64,000 nucleotides of DNA, from contig NC_081359.1 in NCBI RefSeq assembly GCF_030684315.1, positions 92,846,838-92,910,837 on the forward strand, given 5' to 3'. This DNA is from Stegostoma tigrinum (lineage: Eukaryota). Positions 1 to 13,439 of this stretch are shown piece after piece (position 1 is the first letter of the stretch; each line of letters opens with the position of its first letter). The notes beneath the pieces were generated by a model. The model was given only the letters and a program-made list of their open reading frames with translations, was not told the origin of the DNA and made no database searches. The position numbers were made by a program, and so were the translations under genes.

Positions 1-738
1 TTCCAAGTGCGGTCTAACCAAAGTTTTATAGAGCTGCAACAAGATCTCACGACTCTTAAACTCAATCCCCCTGTTAATGAAAGCCAAAACACCATATGCT
101 TTCTTAACAACCCTGTCCACTTGGGTGGCCATTTTAAGGGATCTATGTATCTGCACACCAAGATCCCTCTGTTCCTCCACGCTGCCAAGAATCCTATCCT
201 TAATCCTGTACTCAGCTTTCAAATTCGACCTTCCAAAATGCATCACCTCGCATTTATCCAGGTTGAACTCCATCTGCCACCTCTCAGCCCATCTCTGCAT
301 CCTGTCAATGTCCCGCTGCAGCCTACAACAGCCCTCTACACTGTCAACGACACCTCCGACCTTTGTGTCGTCTGCAAACTTGCTGACCCATCCTTCAATT
401 CCCTCATCCAAGTCATTAATAAAAATTACAAACAGTAGAGGCCCAAGGACAGAGCCCTGTGGAACTCCACTCACCACTGACTTCCAGGCAGAATATTTTC
501 CTTCTACTACCACTCGCTGTCTTCTGTTGGCCAGCCAATTCTGTATCCAAGCAGCTAAGTTCCCCTGTATCCCATTCCTCCTGACCTTCTGAATGAGCCT
601 ACCATGGGGAACCTTATCAAATGCCTTACTGAAGTCCATATACACCACATCCACAGCTCGACCCTCATCAACCTTTCTAGTCACATCCTCAAAAAACTCG
701 ATGGTTTGTAAGGCATGACCTACCCCTCACAAAGCTGT
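1..738 (-). mobile_element. CR1-clade LINE fragment (RT region)
   Basis: Reverse strand is homologous to the CR1 RT at 23279-24000 (KFADDTK, WQMEFN motifs); the + strand ORFs here are its antisense shadow. Confidence 0.85.
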
Positions 739-749
739 GTGGAGGGGAG

Positions 750-1170
750 GTTTCATAGGCTAGGCTTTTACTCAATGGAGTTAAGAAGAATGAGAGGTGA
801 TCTCATTGAACTACAAGATTCTTAGCAGGCTTTAAAGCGTAGACATGGAGAGGTTGTTTCCCCTTGTGGAAAAGTCTAAAAGCCCAGAGGGCATAGTCCA
901 AGAGTAAGCGGCCACCTATTTAGGACAGAGATGAGGAAGAATTTCTTCTCCAGAGAACAATGAATCTGTGGATTTCTTTACCTGTGGGGCTGTTGAGGAT
1001 GGGTCAGTAAGTATATTCAAGGCTGAAATTGAAAGATTTTTCACCATTAAAGGGAATCCAGGATCATGGGAAAAGGCAGCAAAGTTATCAGATCTGTCAT
1101 GATCTCATTGAATGGCAGAGCAGGCTCAGTGGGCTAAATGACCTACTTCTGTTTCTATATCTTGTCGTCT
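750..1170 (+). mobile_element. Decayed CR1 LINE 3' end
   Basis: agaagaatgagaggtgatctcattgaa (RRMRGDLIE) and gagatgaggaagaatttcttctc, followed by a typical CR1 3' UTR. Confidence 0.7.
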
Positions 1171-2609
1171 ATTGCTGAAAAAGGCACGTTTTGACAAAGC
1201 TGTTTTGCACCCCTCAAAAGAATATCAATGAAAGGGAAAACCAACGGTTATACTGAGTGGAGAGTAACTGATTGGTAGAGGCATTGCAATGGAGAATGCA
1301 GCAATTAATGTGAGTGACAGTTAACTGCCAGGCTTTGTTTAGATTTCAAACCAGACATGGTGGTAATTGGCCAGGGCATTACTCTGAGAAATGAACTAAA
1401 GAATGTCTCCTATTATGTTGATTGTGTACACTGCATGTTCTTTCCCCACTGGAAGCTATGTATAGTACGTGGCCATGGCACAGAAAGAGAGCATTTGGTG
1501 TGTTATGCCTGTGCCAGATCTCTGCACGAGTAATTCATTTGCATCTATCCTCCCTGCCACTGCCTTCTCCCATATTCCTGCAAAGCTGGTGTGACCCTGG
1601 CGTTTGGCTGGGTTATTTTTGCACGGGCAGTAGCAGCTATTTGGCCTAGCAAATACCAGTTAGCAGAGTGACAATAGTGTGAGCACAACTGCAGGTTTAT
1701 GCTCTGTGGAATTGCTGTCACTCCCCAGGGGGAGTGCCTTCACAATCCTAGCAATCCATTGGAGGACAAGTTGCTGAGGTATGCAAGGCCCTGTAAGCCT
1801 GCGCTGGTATCTGCGGCCACGTTGACTGTAGCCTGAACTTTCACAGTAGGAAGCTACAGTTGCATGACCTCCATTTGAGATGCTCCTGCAGTAACCAGGC
1901 ACTCGCTCAGCTTCTGTTTCTTCATGTCTGAAGACTGAAACATCAGGCATCAGACACTGTGTTACGGTTGGTTGCACAAGAGTGTTAATGGAAAGCAACT
2001 CTACCAGGCACTGCAGAAATCCTGTTGTAGCTTGGTGTCAGACACTTCCTATGTTCCTTTACTCGACTGCATGCTGTCTCACGGCTGCCAGTGATTCCGT
2101 GTCCATGGCTTTCAGCCCTGGTAGAAATTTTCCTCTGAGTCCTCTGCAGTGGAAAGCAATTTTACTCCCTCATCAGCTGGTACCTGAGATCCTCCTTTTC
2201 TGTCCCTTCTGGATTCTGCCCAGTGTCTCTATTCCTTGCCCTTTTTTTAAATGGCATTGTGGGCCTACCTACAGCACACTGTCTGCAGTGGTTCAAGGAG
2301 CAGCTCATCACCACCTTCTGAGCAGCCAGGGATGGACAATAAATGCTGGCCCGCCAGTAATGCCCATATCTCCCTGAGGTGAATTAAAAACACACACCGA
2401 TCCAATATCTAATTTAGTATCTGATGTCAGTATGTATGCTGGTGGGCCCAGTATGTCTGCGACTTTGAGGTAAAGCTATGAATGTGAATTGTTGAGCAAA
2501 TGAATGGAATGTAGTGTACTGAACAGTGTGTAAGGTCAGTGGTTTAGTTGTCAGAAAATGGCATTTGAAGGTGTAGTCCAGGTACCTTTTACCGCTTGTG
2601 TAAGACCAC

Positions 2610-2800
2610 GTTGGAAATTCATGCGTCACTCAATCCTGGTCCTTGGGTCGAGACTGTTGGCATTGACCTAGCTATCAGCCTTTGCTGTGGTATGGCTGAA
2701 TGGCGGGGGCCTCCACTCTCCGCTCTCGCTTCCTGTCCACCATCTCCACCAGAACCCCAGTGCGATGGAATCTCCGAGCCCTTGCTGCCATTCTTTTCTC
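2610..2800 (-). mobile_element. Decayed PIF/Harbinger Myb/SANT-like ORF relic
   Basis: Minus strand reads ARRF..GVLVEMVDRKR, then after frameshifts VNANSLDPRTRIE*RMNF, matching the PRF..LEVLV...VNA.S..RT..QCRKKF pattern of Harbinger Myb-like proteins. Confidence 0.4.
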
Positions 2801-3129
2801 ACCCCCTGGGGAAACTCTCTGCTTTTTGCAGTCAAAATGCACCTTCCCTTCCAGAGGTGCAACTTGCTTTAAGTAGAATGTGCTAGTGCTAGCCTCGCTC
2901 AAGCCTGCAGTCCATCCATGACCATGTAGTAGTATGTTTTGAGTGTTGCCTCCAGGCACAAAGTCTGATCCTTGTGTGCTTCCTGCGCTGGATGCAATGA
3001 ATTACAGCACCTCCTTAACAAGCACCTGATCAAATTTTGGAGTCAAGATGTTACCCAGCTGGAGTTGACGTTGGGTTGGTGGTAGGCCATGTTCTTGCGG
3101 TGAAGCTGTTCTTACCTTTGTGTGGTTTA

Positions 3130-3420
3130 TTTTGTTCGTGGGATGTGGGCATCACTGGCTAGGCCAACATTTTAATACTCACCCCCAATCATCCTGGAGT
3201 CAACCATTTCTCTGTGGGCCAGGAGTCACGTGTATGTCAGATAAACTAAGGATGGCACATTTCCTTTTAAAGGAAGTTAGTGTATCAGTGAGATTTTTGT
3301 GGCAATTGACAATGGCCCAAATTTTTATCAAATTCCAAGTCTTCAACTGGTGGGATTTGAACCCAAAACATTGACCTAGGGGTTCTGGATTGCTAGTGCA
3401 ACAACATTACCAAAACACCT
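3130..3420 (-). mobile_element. tRNA-derived SINE, family with gggcaataaatgctggcc...cccacatccc tail
   Basis: Homologous to copies at 5620, 11945, 30375, 30868, 31680 and 54605; B-box-like ggttcaaatcccacc on the minus strand. Confidence 0.55.
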
Positions 3421-5149
3421 GAGAATTCGAACAGCTGGACTGAAACTGTACAAGATAATTCTATGATATTGAGCTTCAGTGCTCTGCTTGCAATTTACAC
3501 ATTCGCTGAAGTGCATCATTGTATCGTAGACTTGTAGTTTAAAGAAATGAACCCAGAAAAGGGCAATGTAGCTGTTATGGGATCTAATCAGTTGAAATTT
3601 AGGTGATACTAGTCAGTTGCAAAAGAACCTGAGGGACACCTGAAGATGATCCAATATCAACAGTGTTTGCTTATATATCACCTAATATAGAAGAACAACC
3701 CAAGGTGCTTCCCTGAGGCAAGCAGGAAGGTAGACTTTGAGACAAAGATTTCAGTGCCACCAGATACTTGTCAAAGGAAGGAGATGGCGAAGTGGAATAG
3801 TTAGTATTCATGAATGTGGGATCTGGGGTTTTCTGAAAGCATGCTTCCAGATGTGAAGCAATATGGGGGTGTTGGAAAGCCTACCAAAGGAGAGTCTAAG
3901 GAACACCAATTATGTAGTAGATGGATTACCTGGGGTATGTTACTGAACGGGAAAGACCAATGCTTTGGAGGACACTTTTTTGATGGGAGGTGATATGGGA
4001 AGGAGAGTTCCATCAGAATGGGACCGATGGTGAGTGGGTCTTGACATACAGCCACTATTTTGGGTGATTTGACAATTTTATAGAGAATAGAGCAGGGAAT
4101 AGTCACAGTGACGAAAGTGATAGTTTTGACATTTTTTTTTCTGTGGCTTAGGTGCTGGGAATTGCAGTTGATTTGATTCCGTTTCAGGAAAAATATTACT
4201 GTGAGTTTCATGGTTCTTTTTCGTGTTCTTGACCAAATGCATCTGGTGTCATGACAATTTAGGCTTGCAAACAACAGAAATCAGTCCATTTGTAGAGGCT
4301 AAGTATCGAGTGGAGAGGCTGCCAATCACTTCTCAATGTGGTAGAGCATTACTGCACAGGAAAAAATCGAGTCTATGCTGGATCTGTGTACAAGCCCCTG
4401 TGCAGTCAGTACTGTTTTTGCCTTATCCTCAGAACCCTGCAGATTTCTTTCCCTCAAGCCCAAATTTTCCTTTGAGATCATTGATCATTTCTGCATCTGC
4501 CGTCCTCTGAGCAGAAAATTCCAGAAGGATGATATTAGTGTGGGCCATGAGAACCAAAATGACCTTGACGTAAGTGTCAACAGATGCTTCTTAAAAAGAC
4601 ACCAGGCATAGATTGGTGAAAACTGAGGGCAAATGATGGAATGTTAAGCTTTGAGCCTAAGGACACAAACACAGCCATGTTGTAACAGTCACAATTTATT
4701 TTTAGAGTCATTTTGAAGTGTTTATTAAAGACCATTTAGTTAATTTATATTTTTCATGTGCACTCGCTAAATACTCTGCAAAGTGCAATCCAGAAATTTG
4801 CCACATTATTCAATCATTAACTGTATTCGCAGTTTGAACTCAGTAATTTGTGACAAGTCACAGCTAATGCTTTACACAAACCAATTAATAGATCCAGACT
4901 ATTAACACCATCTTTCTGTAAACAGGAATAATAGTGATAACTCATTTTTTAAAAAAAATTGGTAATTACTGAGCTTGCAAACTAGAGACAAGAGGCCTTC
5001 AAAACCATGAAGGGTTTTGATAGACCAAATAAGAAACTGATCCCAGTGACAGCATAGTATTTAGGGTAATTGATATTAAAGTAGGGAGGTTTTGCTAAAA
5101 CTACATTAGGCATTAAATAGCCCATAACTGGAATACTGTGAACAACAGT

Positions 5150-5500
5150 TTTATTTTTTGTTTTTGTCCCCTTATCAATGGAAAGATATATTGGCATTGG
5201 AGGTAGTCCACTGATGCTGGGTATTGGGACCTGCCTTATCAGGAAAGGTTGGGTAGATTGAGCCTGTACCCATTAGAATGTAGAAGAATGAGAGGTGATC
5301 TCATGGAAACGTACAAGATTCCTAGGGACTTGACAGGGTAATTACTGAGAGATTGTTTCGTCTTGTTGGAGAATCTAGGACCAAAGGTCTTAATCTCAAT
5401 AAGGGGAGCAAGTCTAGTGGGGGAAAAGGCAGAAAAGTGGAATTGAGGATCTCCTTGAATAACAGAGCAAACCTCGTGGGCTGATTGCCCTACTGTACTG
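5150..5500 (+). mobile_element. Decayed CR1 3' fragment
   Basis: agaagaatgagaggtgatctcatggaaacgtacaagatt (RRMRGDLMETYKI) and CR1 3' UTR. Confidence 0.65.
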
Positions 5501-5619
5501 TTATGACTGCGGCCTAAAGCTGTTTATCATAGAATGACTGTAGTGCGGAAAGAAGCCATTTGGTCCATTGAGTCTGCACTGACCCTCCAAGAAGCATCCC
5601 GTCTATTCCTGCAACTCCA

Positions 5620-5995
5620 TAGGACTGTTAATCCAAAGATCCAGATTATGTTCTGAGGACCTGAGTTCAAATCCCACCATGCTAACAGTGATCAGAGATA
5701 ATGGGAACTACAGAGGCTGGAGAATCTGAGATAACAAAGTGTGGAGCTGGATGAACACAGCAGGCCGAGCAGCATCTTGGGAGCACAAAAGCTGACGTTT
5801 CGGGCCTAGACCCGTCATCAGAAAATTCAGTGAGGGTGGGGTTGGCGGAAATGTGGAATTAACAGTCTAATGGTGCTAAATCCATTGTTGATTGTTTGGA
5901 AAAAAAACCATCTGGTTCACGGACATCCTTTTTTAGGGATGGAAACTGCTATCCCTACTGGGCCTGGCCCATGTGACTCCAAATCCACAGCACTG
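5620..5995 (+). mobile_element. tRNA-derived SINE interrupted by a PLE terminal fragment (about 5693-5825)
   Basis: gagttcaaatcccaccatg B-box, then the PLE end, then the SINE body resumes (catctggttcac...catgtgactcc). Confidence 0.6.
5794..5821 (-). ncRNA. Minimal hammerhead ribozyme motif in PLE terminal repeat
   Basis: Reverse complement is CTGATGA-c-GGGTCTAGGCCC-GAAAC-GTC: intact core, stem II GGG/CCC, but a weak stem I. Confidence 0.55.
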
Positions 5996-7456
5996 AAGAG
6001 TCTTTATTTCAAAACGAATAGAGTTTATTCTTTAAAAAAACAGAGGTTTTGATAAAACTAGATAAGGCATTAGTCAGACGACAGTGGGAATGCTGTGACC
6101 AGTTTTGAGTTCCTTGTCTATGGAAAGATATATACTGGCATTTAAAGGTAGTCCAGAGAATGAGGCTCAAAGTATACAATTTAACTCACAGGAGGGTGTC
6201 TTTGATTAACAAATGCACACTATGGACGTAGAATGATAGTCTAGTTTGAAATTTGATATCTGTCTTTGGGATTATAATAGAAATATAATAAACAGCTAAT
6301 TAATGGCTTTGATAATGGTTGTGCTCTTAAAAGTGCTTTTATTCGAAGCTTGTATTCAAGCTCAGTTCAGTTAATACATTCCTTTTAATGAATACACTAT
6401 TAATAAGCACTTTGTCATACTCAGCTGAGCTATAAACTCAGGAAATTTAATTTACTTTCTTCTTTATCCCTTTTGTTCTCTTTTTAATGAGCCAGCAATT
6501 TTACCAGTGCACACAGAAATCAGTGTAACTGTAATTCTGTGACAGAATTTTGCTGACCCTCAAATTAGTTCTTTTGAGAGATTACAGCCAATTCTAGGGT
6601 TTGCAAAAAAAACAGCAGTTTTTCTCCATTACTACTTAACAAAATAGAATGCGAATTATTAGAGGCCTCATTGACCAGCGTTCAGGTTTGAATCTAAATG
6701 TGATCATACTGAAAGCAATGCAAGGAGATGACAGGTCGGCACAACATTGAGGGCCGAAGGGCCTGTACTGTGCTGTAATGTTCTATGAAATTTAGGAGCA
6801 GACTATTAAGCCCCTCAGGCCTGTTCCTCTATAAACTGAGATAATTGTAGACTTGAGTGTGCTAATGCAGTTAACAAACTTGTTTGTGGTATCAGCCCCC
6901 GTGAGCTAATGCATGAATACATACAATAAATAGTTGAGGACCCAACGTAGAGCCTTGTAGGACACTAATAATGACATTCTGCCAGTTAGTGTACCCTCCT
7001 ATTATCTATATTTTCTCCTGCACATCAGACAACTTATCAACCAGGTCAATAATTTTCCCTCAATCCAATAACTCTGATTTTAACTGACAGCCCTTCATGA
7101 AAGATTATCATGTGTTTTCTGAAAGTTCAAGTAAATAACAATGACCGACTTTACCTTGTCAATTTTATTCCATTGCTCAAAAAGAAACATCATCTCAGTC
7201 AGGCATAATCTAGCCTTTACAAACTGCTGCTGGCTCTCTCCCAATTAGTTACAAATTTTCAAGATCCTGAATAGCTGTTGTAGTCAACAATTTCCTGTCC
7301 GGATTTTTTGGTGAACTTGCCCCACATCCTCTCCGTACCCTCCATCGACCTTCTTAAGTAGCAAAGCAGCAGGCGCACAATTTTTTAACTTAAAGAAACG
7401 GGCCCCACATTTTGAGAACTTTGGAAGATTGTAGTTAGGAAATCTATAATGCTGTC

Positions 7457-9990
7457 TGTAATGAGTTCTCTGATTGGATCAGATTAACAGCCCCAATCGG
7501 GGAGCCCTGGCTGATAGGTAAGAAGAGGAGTGTCCCCTTTTTGGGTGCAGTGGTAGTGTGGGGGAAATTACAGGAGTCTGAGTTTCCCCTGTCTCTGGGG
7601 ACTGACACTGAGCTAGCTGGTCAGAATCCCTGTACTGTGCACAGAGAAATAAAGGGCAGTTTGGTGACAGCATGTTAAGTGTTGGATGCCCTATTCACTC
7701 CAGGAGCTGCTTTTGAGGGAACTAGATCGGTGTCAAGGACTTTCCACATGTAAATAAAGACTGACTTGGTGATGGGATATCTAGCCTCTACTGTCACCAC
7801 AAAAGTGACTCTAGAAGAGCATGCTCCTGAAGAAATTCACTCAACTGTCGTCTTTGAGTTGGGGTAGGCATTTCTGTATGCTATTATTTGAGAAGCTTGA
7901 CTCGTGCAATCTTGTTGTTGGGCCCAATATTTCAATCTTCAAAGAATGCATTACTTTCATCTGTCCCAATGGCAGATGAAAAGCAATGAGCAATTTTCCT
8001 GTCAGTTTGTGGACCCACAGCTTTTTCAGTTATGAGGAGCCAGATACTAAAACCTCTTAAAGAGTTGACAGACTTAGTTAAGGAATATTATGATACCAAG
8101 CCTACTCTTATTCTGTGATGCTATTGGTTTTTGTGGAAAATTTGAGAAGCAAAGGAGTCTGTATTGGGATTTTTGTTGAGGTTAAGATGACTGGCAGAGG
8201 CATGTGACTTTGGTCTAACCCCTTAATGAAATGTTGAGAGACTTTGGTATGTCTAATTTTTATGATTTAATTGTACAAATGTACCAACTAGCTGAAGTCC
8301 AATTGGGCTTCAAACAGGTAAATGCAGCATATGAGTTGCAGGCTATTTGGGCTCACGACTGGAGGAAGAAATCCCACTAGACCTAAATCAAGTAAGAGAA
8401 CTCATAGGCTGGTATCCAGGAGAGTGCACACCTTGGAAAGGCCACCTACAACTGGTTTGGAACAGTTTAAGTTGCTTAGCAACACCTAAATGAGAGCCAA
8501 TCAAAATAATGAGATAAGTGTGCAGAGCTGGATGAACACAGCAGGCCAAGCAGCATCTTGGGAACAAGAAAGCTGATGTTTCAGGCCTAGACCCTCCTTC
8601 AGAAATGGGGGAGGGGAAAGGCATTCTGAAATAAATGGGGAGAGGGAGAGGTGGAGAGAAGATGGATAGAGAAGATAGGTGGAGAGGAGACAGACAGGTC
8701 AAAGAGGTGGGGGTGGAGCCAGTAAAGGTGAGTGTGGGTGGGGAGTTAGGGAGGGGATAGGTCAGTCCAGGGAGGACAGACAAGTCAAAGGGGCGGGATG
8801 AGCCTAGTAGGTAGGAGATGGGGATGGGGTGGGAGGACGGGATAGGTGGGAGTCTGCGGTTCCTACTATCTCTCAGTCAAAATAAATATCTAGTTAAGTG
8901 GCCACCTGGCCCTGATGGAGGTTCATACTGGTGTGGCCGTTTCGATGATCGCAGAACTAGTCTTTAAGAGCATTCATTCTTGACTCCCAAGACCTTAGCT
9001 AGACTGAACCTATACTGGGGAACCTCTTACAGACTAAGTACAACTTTGGTCTAGTCTGTGAGGAACAGCTGGTTCAGTTACCTTTTTTTATCGTAAAAGC
9101 CTCAGGATGAAATTAGTTCAACATTCTTCGATTTAGAAAATTGCTGCCTGAGGGAAGCACTAACTAAACACTTGGAAGATTTTCAGGAAGGTTTAGGGGA
9201 CTATCAAAGGAGCTAGGGCCACCTTGAATGTTGACCAGGAAGCAATTGCACGATACCACAAGGCCCGCCCAGTGTGGTTTGCCTTGTAGGTGAAGGTAGA
9301 GGCAGAAGTCATGAGGCTGGAAAGTGGGGACAACGTCATCAGAAGAATGAGCAGCACCGGCCAAAATGACTTATGAAGCCGGACAGGTCAGTTCGCCTTT
9401 GTGGGGATTTTAAACAAATGGTAAGCTGCTTTTTTCCACAGCTGGATAAATACCAAATCCCTCACATAGGAGATCTGTTCACCGAAAGCTGGTGGGGGTA
9501 GCTATTATTCATGAAGCTGGACATGAGGTGCGCATACCTGCAGTTATGGTTAAATAAGGATTCCCTGCAGTATGGTACAACTGTAAAGGTTTGTACTAAC
9601 ATACAAGATTGCCGTTTGGGTTATCATCAGCCAATGCAATTTTTCAGCAGATGATGGAAGATCTTTTTACGCAGTCCACCCCAGGTTGCCATTTATGTAG
9701 ATGATATGCCATTAACAGGGAAGACCAATAGAGAGACCTTGGGCATAGTCCTTAGAAGTTTCTTCCAGGCAGGCATATACCTTTTTTCCCTTTTTAAAGT
9801 ATGATCCAGGTACCCCAAGTGACCTACTTATGCTACAGATTGACAGAGACTAGGTTACACCCATTGGATGATCGTGAGGCCACTCAAAGGTATCCCTGCT
9901 CCAATGTCTGTACCAGAACTTAGGTCTGTCCTTGGGCAGGTGAGCTGTTACAGAAAGTTCGTACAAAACCTGGCCTCCACCTGCTGAGAT
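7457..9990 (+). mobile_element. Decayed Ty3/Gypsy LTR retrotransposon (5' LTR, gag, partial pol)
   Basis: LTR-like 7457-7790 is homologous to solo LTRs at 14087 and 31368. pol motifs VRLCGDFK (about 9391), TRLPFGLSSANAIFQQMME (about 9603) and VAIYVDD (about 9685). Many stops and frameshifts. Confidence 0.8.
8511..8874 (-). mobile_element. PLE family A 3' terminal fragment nested in the Gypsy element, with short inverted tail
   Basis: Homologous to 55029-55400. Flanked by tcaaaataa repeats (8501-8509, 8877-8885). The right end tctgcggttcctactatctc is the element terminus in opposite orientation. Confidence 0.75.
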
Positions 9991-11553
9991 TCTAATAGTT
10001 TGTTTTGGTTTCAGATTTCCAAGGCTGACCTTTTTTTTTAAATGAGTTGATGCAAAGGTGCCAGGATGGAAGCCAGGTTTTGTATGAATGTTCCATAACA
10101 TCTATGGAGAGAAATCGGAGTGAATGTTTTGGGTCCAGTGACCCTTTGTTGGAACTGAGACTGTCTTCAGTTCCATTGGTTGGTAGTTTTTAGGTTCGTC
10201 GTTCTCAAAGTTTACTTACTGTTCTATTAGTGTCAAAGCGTCAGTTTGTTTCACCATGAAGTTTATGGACACTCCATTGATTTTACTCGTACAATACATA
10301 CCTCAGCTGAATCAGTCCACATTACACTTTTTTTTAAAAAAAGTAAAGTTTGAAAATGTAAAACCATTTCCTTTACGGTAGCTGGTCAGAATCCTAGAGT
10401 TACTTTTTATTGACCTGTGTTTGTGGGTACACACATTAAATGGGAGACTACAGCAATTTGCAGTAACTGGCCTGGTTGTGGCCTGAGATGAATATTGTAA
10501 CTCAAACCAGATATATTAGAATACTTAAGGTACAAAGCTGTGAGTTTACAGACTTGCTTGTAATATTCAGCAGAATTTACCAATAAATACACCCATCCAC
10601 CTCTGGAAATAGCTATATTTGAAAGAGGTCAGGCAGTCTAGTAACATTGTTGTAGCTCAGTACTGAGAAGGCAGTATGTACACTGGTTATGGTAAATTTA
10701 AGTTTTTTTTTTATTGTTACAAAATACAGTGAAAAATGTTGTACAGTGTCACCACTCTCTCTGGCCCACCTCAGCGATGCTGCAGGGTCTTCTACTGCCC
10801 CAAACTTGCCTCCCAGCAGCATTCGTGAATTGGCACTGGGGCCGCCTCATCAATGCAACCAAACTCTTTTTGATGCCACCCCGAGCCTGCGCCGGACATA
10901 CTTGCTGTTGCTACGAGCTCCTGAGCTTTTCAACAAGAGGCAAGTAAAACGAGAGACAAAATGAGAAGGGGGAGGGGGGTGCGGAAATCCAAGAAAAATG
11001 AAAGGAAAGCGGAGAAAAGGAACTAGGAAAGAAAGCCAATGAGCCCCGGGCTCAGAAGCCTGACGCTACTCATCTTACCGGAAGAATACTTGTAGAAGAT
11101 GAGGCAATCCAGCAGCAGAGCATGGGTTGCTCTTTTTGGACCTGGCCCCTGTCTGATCTGAGCAGACATTGTGTTGATTCTAATTCTGCTGACCAAAATA
11201 CCTGAGCTTGGTGATGGAGTCGCCCATCAGAGGGTGGGGAGAGAGAAAAGAAATGGAAGGCAGGTGTGGACCGAGTTGTGAAGGTCAACATCTATCAAGT
11301 TTTGAGTGAAATGTTTTGGGCCTTCTTGACCTTCGTGTTTCTTATATCATTCCCCTATGAATGACAATCCAAGAGTAAGCCACCTGGTCCTCCATATCAT
11401 CTGCTTTACCAATCAATAAGATCATGGTTGATGTGATTTTTAAACCACTCTATCAGGGGAGTGCAAGAGAGAGTGTAATCTTCCATGGCCTGATTTTTGA
11501 GTTAGCAATGCCTTTTCACACTGATCCACTTGGTAAAGTTAGTAGTATTTGAG

Positions 11554-11555
<2 letters not shown>

Positions 11556-11588
<33 letters not shown>
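11556..11588. repeat. (GATT)n microsatellite
   Basis: About 8 tandem gatt units. Confidence 0.9.
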
Positions 11589-11634
11589 TTAAAAAAAGTA
11601 ACAACTGCAATGAAGTGTTCTACTGATTTAAATT

Positions 11635-11938
11635 CCCTACAGTGTGGAAACAGGCCCTTTGGCCCAACAAGTCCACACCGCCCCCCGGAGCATCCCACCC
11701 AGACCCATCCCCTATAGCCCACACACCCCTGAACACTACGGGCAATTTAGCATGGTCGATCCACTTAGCCCGCACACGTTTGCACTGTGTGGGAGGAAAC
11801 CGGAGCACCCGGAGGAAACCCACACAGACATGGGGAGCTTGTGCAAACTCAGCACAGACAGCTACCCAAAGCTGGAATCGAACCCGGATCCCTGGTGCTG
11901 TGAGGCTGCAGTGCTAACCGCTGAGCCACCATGCTGCC
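11635..11938 (-). mobile_element. HE1-like V-SINE
   Basis: Reverse complement of the 41072 and 44934 copies: tRNA-like head, V-domain, CR1-like tail. Confidence 0.85.
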
Positions 11939-11944
11939 TGGTCA

Positions 11945-12315
11945 CATAATGTCACTATGCTAGTAACCCAAAGATACGGACTAATGTGCCTGTCTTTGGG
12001 TTTAAATCGAAAGAGAATAGCTAGTAGACTTTAAATGCAATGAATCAATGTGGAATTAACAGCAGCTGTATTGGTGACTATGAAACCATTATAGATTGTT
12101 AGAAAATCCTGGCTGGCTGTCTAATGCCCTTTTTTTTGGAAAGGAAGTCTGTTCTCTTTCTGGTCTGATACACAACACATATAGGCAGCAGTGTGGTCGA
12201 CTTTAACTGTCTTCTGAATAGCCTTCCTTTCAAAGTAAATGGGGATGGCTGACCAAATGGTAGGCTTGCTGGCAACATGCACAACCCATGGAAAAATAAA
12301 GGAAAAAAAAAAAAA
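11945..12315 (+). mobile_element. tRNA-derived SINE (same family as 3130/54605)
   Basis: aatgtcactatgctagtaacccaaag...ctaatgcc...ggaaggaagtctg, ending in an A-rich tail. Confidence 0.55.
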
Positions 12316-12539
12316 ATTTGAGTCACCTGAGGGATCTGTCGTTGCGCTCCCCCGCCCCACACCCTCAATCTCACCACCCAGTTTCAGTTTGAGTTGCCTG
12401 TTTAGATCCCACTCTATCCTCTCCAACACTTCTTCCAATTCCATGCCACCACCTGATACTATTGTCTTTGCCTCTGCTCATTTGCTACTACAGCCTTCAC
12501 CTATTTATATGCTGCCTTCAAGTTTGACTGTTCCAAAGT

Positions 12540-12935
12540 TCTCCAGGTAAGTCTCCAATTTTCCATCCTGCATAATCTTCAGCTAATCTAATGTCCTGCT
12601 GCCCCTAATCTAAATTAGTCTGACTATAAGCCCAATGTGTGTACATATCTGATGGCCAGGCTGCCAGTACCTCATTTTTAAGATTCTAATTCTACTGTTT
12701 AAATGTCTCCATGCCCTCACTGCTCCCTATCTAAGTCATTCTGGCCAGCCCTCTAAATCTCCAAGAACTCTATCCTTACAACTCCATTCTTTTGGGAATT
12801 CTTCCACACTCTCACCCCACCATTGCTATTCGGGCCTTCAATCCATGACTTAAGTTCCAGATGTCCCTCCCTAAGACTTTCAACTTTCTTCACCTCTCGA
12901 TTCTTCTTTCAGCATTTCCTTACAACTTTGAGCAA
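12540..12935 (+). mobile_element. Decayed L2-clade LINE 3' end
   Basis: cattttaagattctaattct...ctccctatct...aagaactct...cttccctaaga pattern, also seen reversed at 60660-61400. Confidence 0.45.
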
Positions 12936-13003
12936 GGAAGACTGGCTTGAACTACGCTGTAGTACAATGTAAAAGTTAATCGAACATTACTAATCAAACT
13001 CTT

Positions 13004-13243
13004 ATAACAAGGTGTCGAGCTGGATGAACACAGCAGGCCAAGCAGCAGAGGAGCAGGAAGGCTGACGTTTTGGATCTGGACACTTCAGAACTTTCCTGCT
13101 CCTCTGCTGCTGCTGCTGCTTAAGTGTCCAGACCCGAAACATCAGCCTTCCTGCTCCTCTGCTGCTTGGCCTGCTGTGTTCATCCAGCTTGACACCTTTG
13201 TTATCTCAGATTCTGCAGCATCGGCAATTCCCACTAGCTTCTT
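13004..13243. mobile_element. Fold-back (palindromic) PLE family A insert
   Basis: Arms about 13004-13085 and 13122-13204 are inverted. Candidate TSD atcaaact(c/a)tta at 12993-13004 and 13244-13255. Confidence 0.8.
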
Positions 13244-13439
13244 ATCAAACTATTAGATTGCCAGTCAGGCTACCGCCTTAGTGTGTTACTGCCCCTCTTT
13301 TTCAGGCAGCTTTGAATGGTCAGAAATTCATCTTGTTTTTGAAATCCCATGAATTAATGCAGCAAGATTGTGGAATAGTATTGAGAGGATTCCCTCATCC
13401 TCTGAAGGATGCCTTTAATGCCTGAACTAGTTGCTATTA

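Noticed and set aside
7-592. ORFs of 143 and 171 aa on + (and similar ORFs at 23293-24012 - and 26436-27005 +)
   Set aside because: Antisense shadow frames of CR1 reverse transcriptase, recurring in every CR1 copy; not host genes.
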